Below, piece by piece: positions 62,616 to 64,000 of a stretch of 64,000 bases of DNA. Under the pieces are notes generated by a model. The model had not been told where the DNA came from. It made no database searches and was given only the letters and a program-made list of their open reading frames with translations. Positions within the stretch are counted from its first letter, which is position 1, and each line of letters starts with the position of its first letter. Both the position numbers and the translations under genes were made by a program. This DNA is from Squalus acanthias (Eukaryota): the NCBI GenBank assembly GCA_030390025.1, contig CM059432.1, positions 141,920,001-141,984,000 on the forward strand, read 5' to 3'.

Positions 62616-64000
62616 CCTCCCCCTCGCTCTCCCCCTTGCGCTCTCTCTCTCCCTCGCTCTCTTGCCCCACCCCCTAGCTCTCACCCCACATCCCTCGCTC
62701 TCTCTCTTCCCCCTCCTTAGTCTGGGCCTGTGTTGGGCCCGTACAGAGAGGCCTGAGGCAGGCCCACATTTGGGCCTGGGGCCTCATCTGCATCTTTGGG
62801 GCGAGCTGCCGGGGCTGGTCCGACCTCCACAGGCAGCTCGGCCCACAAGAAAAATTAATTTCAGGCAACGGCCCTCAGGTAAGCTCCGGGAGGGTGAGTT
62901 GGATCGAACAATGAAAGAAAGAAAAAAGAAAGACTTGCATTTATATAGCGCTTTTCACGACCATCGGACGTCCCAAAGCGTTTTACAGCCAATGAAGTAC
63001 TTTTTGAAAAGTAGTCACTGTTATAATGTAGGAAATGAGGGGGGTCAATCGGCAGGACTGTGGAGTGGGGCTGGGGGGCGGTGGGATGGGGAAGTGACTC
63101 CTGCTCCTCCTGGCTCCATAGAAAGATTTTTTGGTATTTTTTATTTTATTTTAAAATCTCACCTTTAGTTGGCGTCCACAGGGACCGGTGCTGAATCCTG
63201 AGCACTGCCCTGCTCATTGGTAACACATTTTGTAGAGAGGTCCTTCAACACGTGTTAGGCCCCACATTAACATATTTAAGTGGCCTAAAGCCTGTTTTAT
63301 GGGTCTGCCAATTTAGCAGTGGGGCCAACATCTGCGCAGATTAGACGTAGGCTGTCCCGCTGCTAAATTGGTATGCTTTGCGCCCGTTTTACGCCCGAAA
63401 AACCGGTGCAACGCATGCCAGTTTCTACCCCAAGATTTGCCTACTATTGTATAGCAACCAGAACTCTAGATCAATGCTCTGTGCAAATTCATTATCGGTT
63501 CTTAGCACCTGCGCTCTATCCCTCTTTGACTATGCCCCCAAGAGACTGTGAAGCAGTATTGTTTTATTCGTTAAAGAGGTCTTCACTTCTGAGTTGGGAG
63601 AAATCACAGGCTGATTGATGTTTTGTCATTTTTGAACTTTTAAAGTAGTGCTAGATTTAAAACAATTATGGGGGTACCTATACCTTGAAATTACTGATCA
63701 TTATTTTGTTCATGTGATTCCCAATGGGAAACCTGGCAGTGGAAATTACAGTTCTATGCCTGAATTTTGAAATCCACTTCAAAATTTGCAGGTCCAGCAG
63801 CATCAACTTGCACTCTACAGCGCTTTTAACAAAGAAAAACATCCCAAAGCAAGTCACAGAGACATAATCAGACAGAATGGATGCTGAGTCACAGAAGGAG
63901 ATATTAGGAATGGTGATTAAAAGCTTGGTCAAAGAGGTAGGTTTTAAGGAGTGTCTTAAAGGAGGAGGGCGGCGGAGAGGTTTAGGGAGGTAATTCCAGT

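Noticed and set aside
61740..63168. Long Pro/Gly-rich ORFs
   Set aside because: Artefacts of low-complexity sequence and the 500-N gap.

Overview
Vertebrate genomic DNA, almost certainly from a cartilaginous fish: it carries tRNA-headed Deu-domain SINEs of the SacSINE1/AmnSINE type, CR1, L2 and Penelope elements, and Harbinger-like MITEs. The window holds a complete 7-exon ABHD5 (CGI-58)-type gene on the + strand (ATG 25799 to stop 56749, 344 aa), the last coding exon of an IL-17 family cytokine (+, 3047-3281), a GC-rich promoter with a candidate first exon of a downstream gene (~60890-61380), and a 500-N assembly gap. Four large minisatellites sit on the ABHD5 gene. A 43-bp x ~24 array with 17 perfect CRE palindromes lies just upstream of the promoter, a 47-bp array starts at the exon-1 splice donor, a 32-bp array lies in intron 3, and a 40-bp x 34 array is made from the last 12 codons plus stop. 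The encoded ABHD5 lacks the canonical PKA-site arginine. Also present are Penelope-associated minimal hammerhead ribozyme motifs and several local inverted duplications. All identifications come from reading the sequence and from remembered family motifs; no database search was run, and repeat boundaries are approximate.
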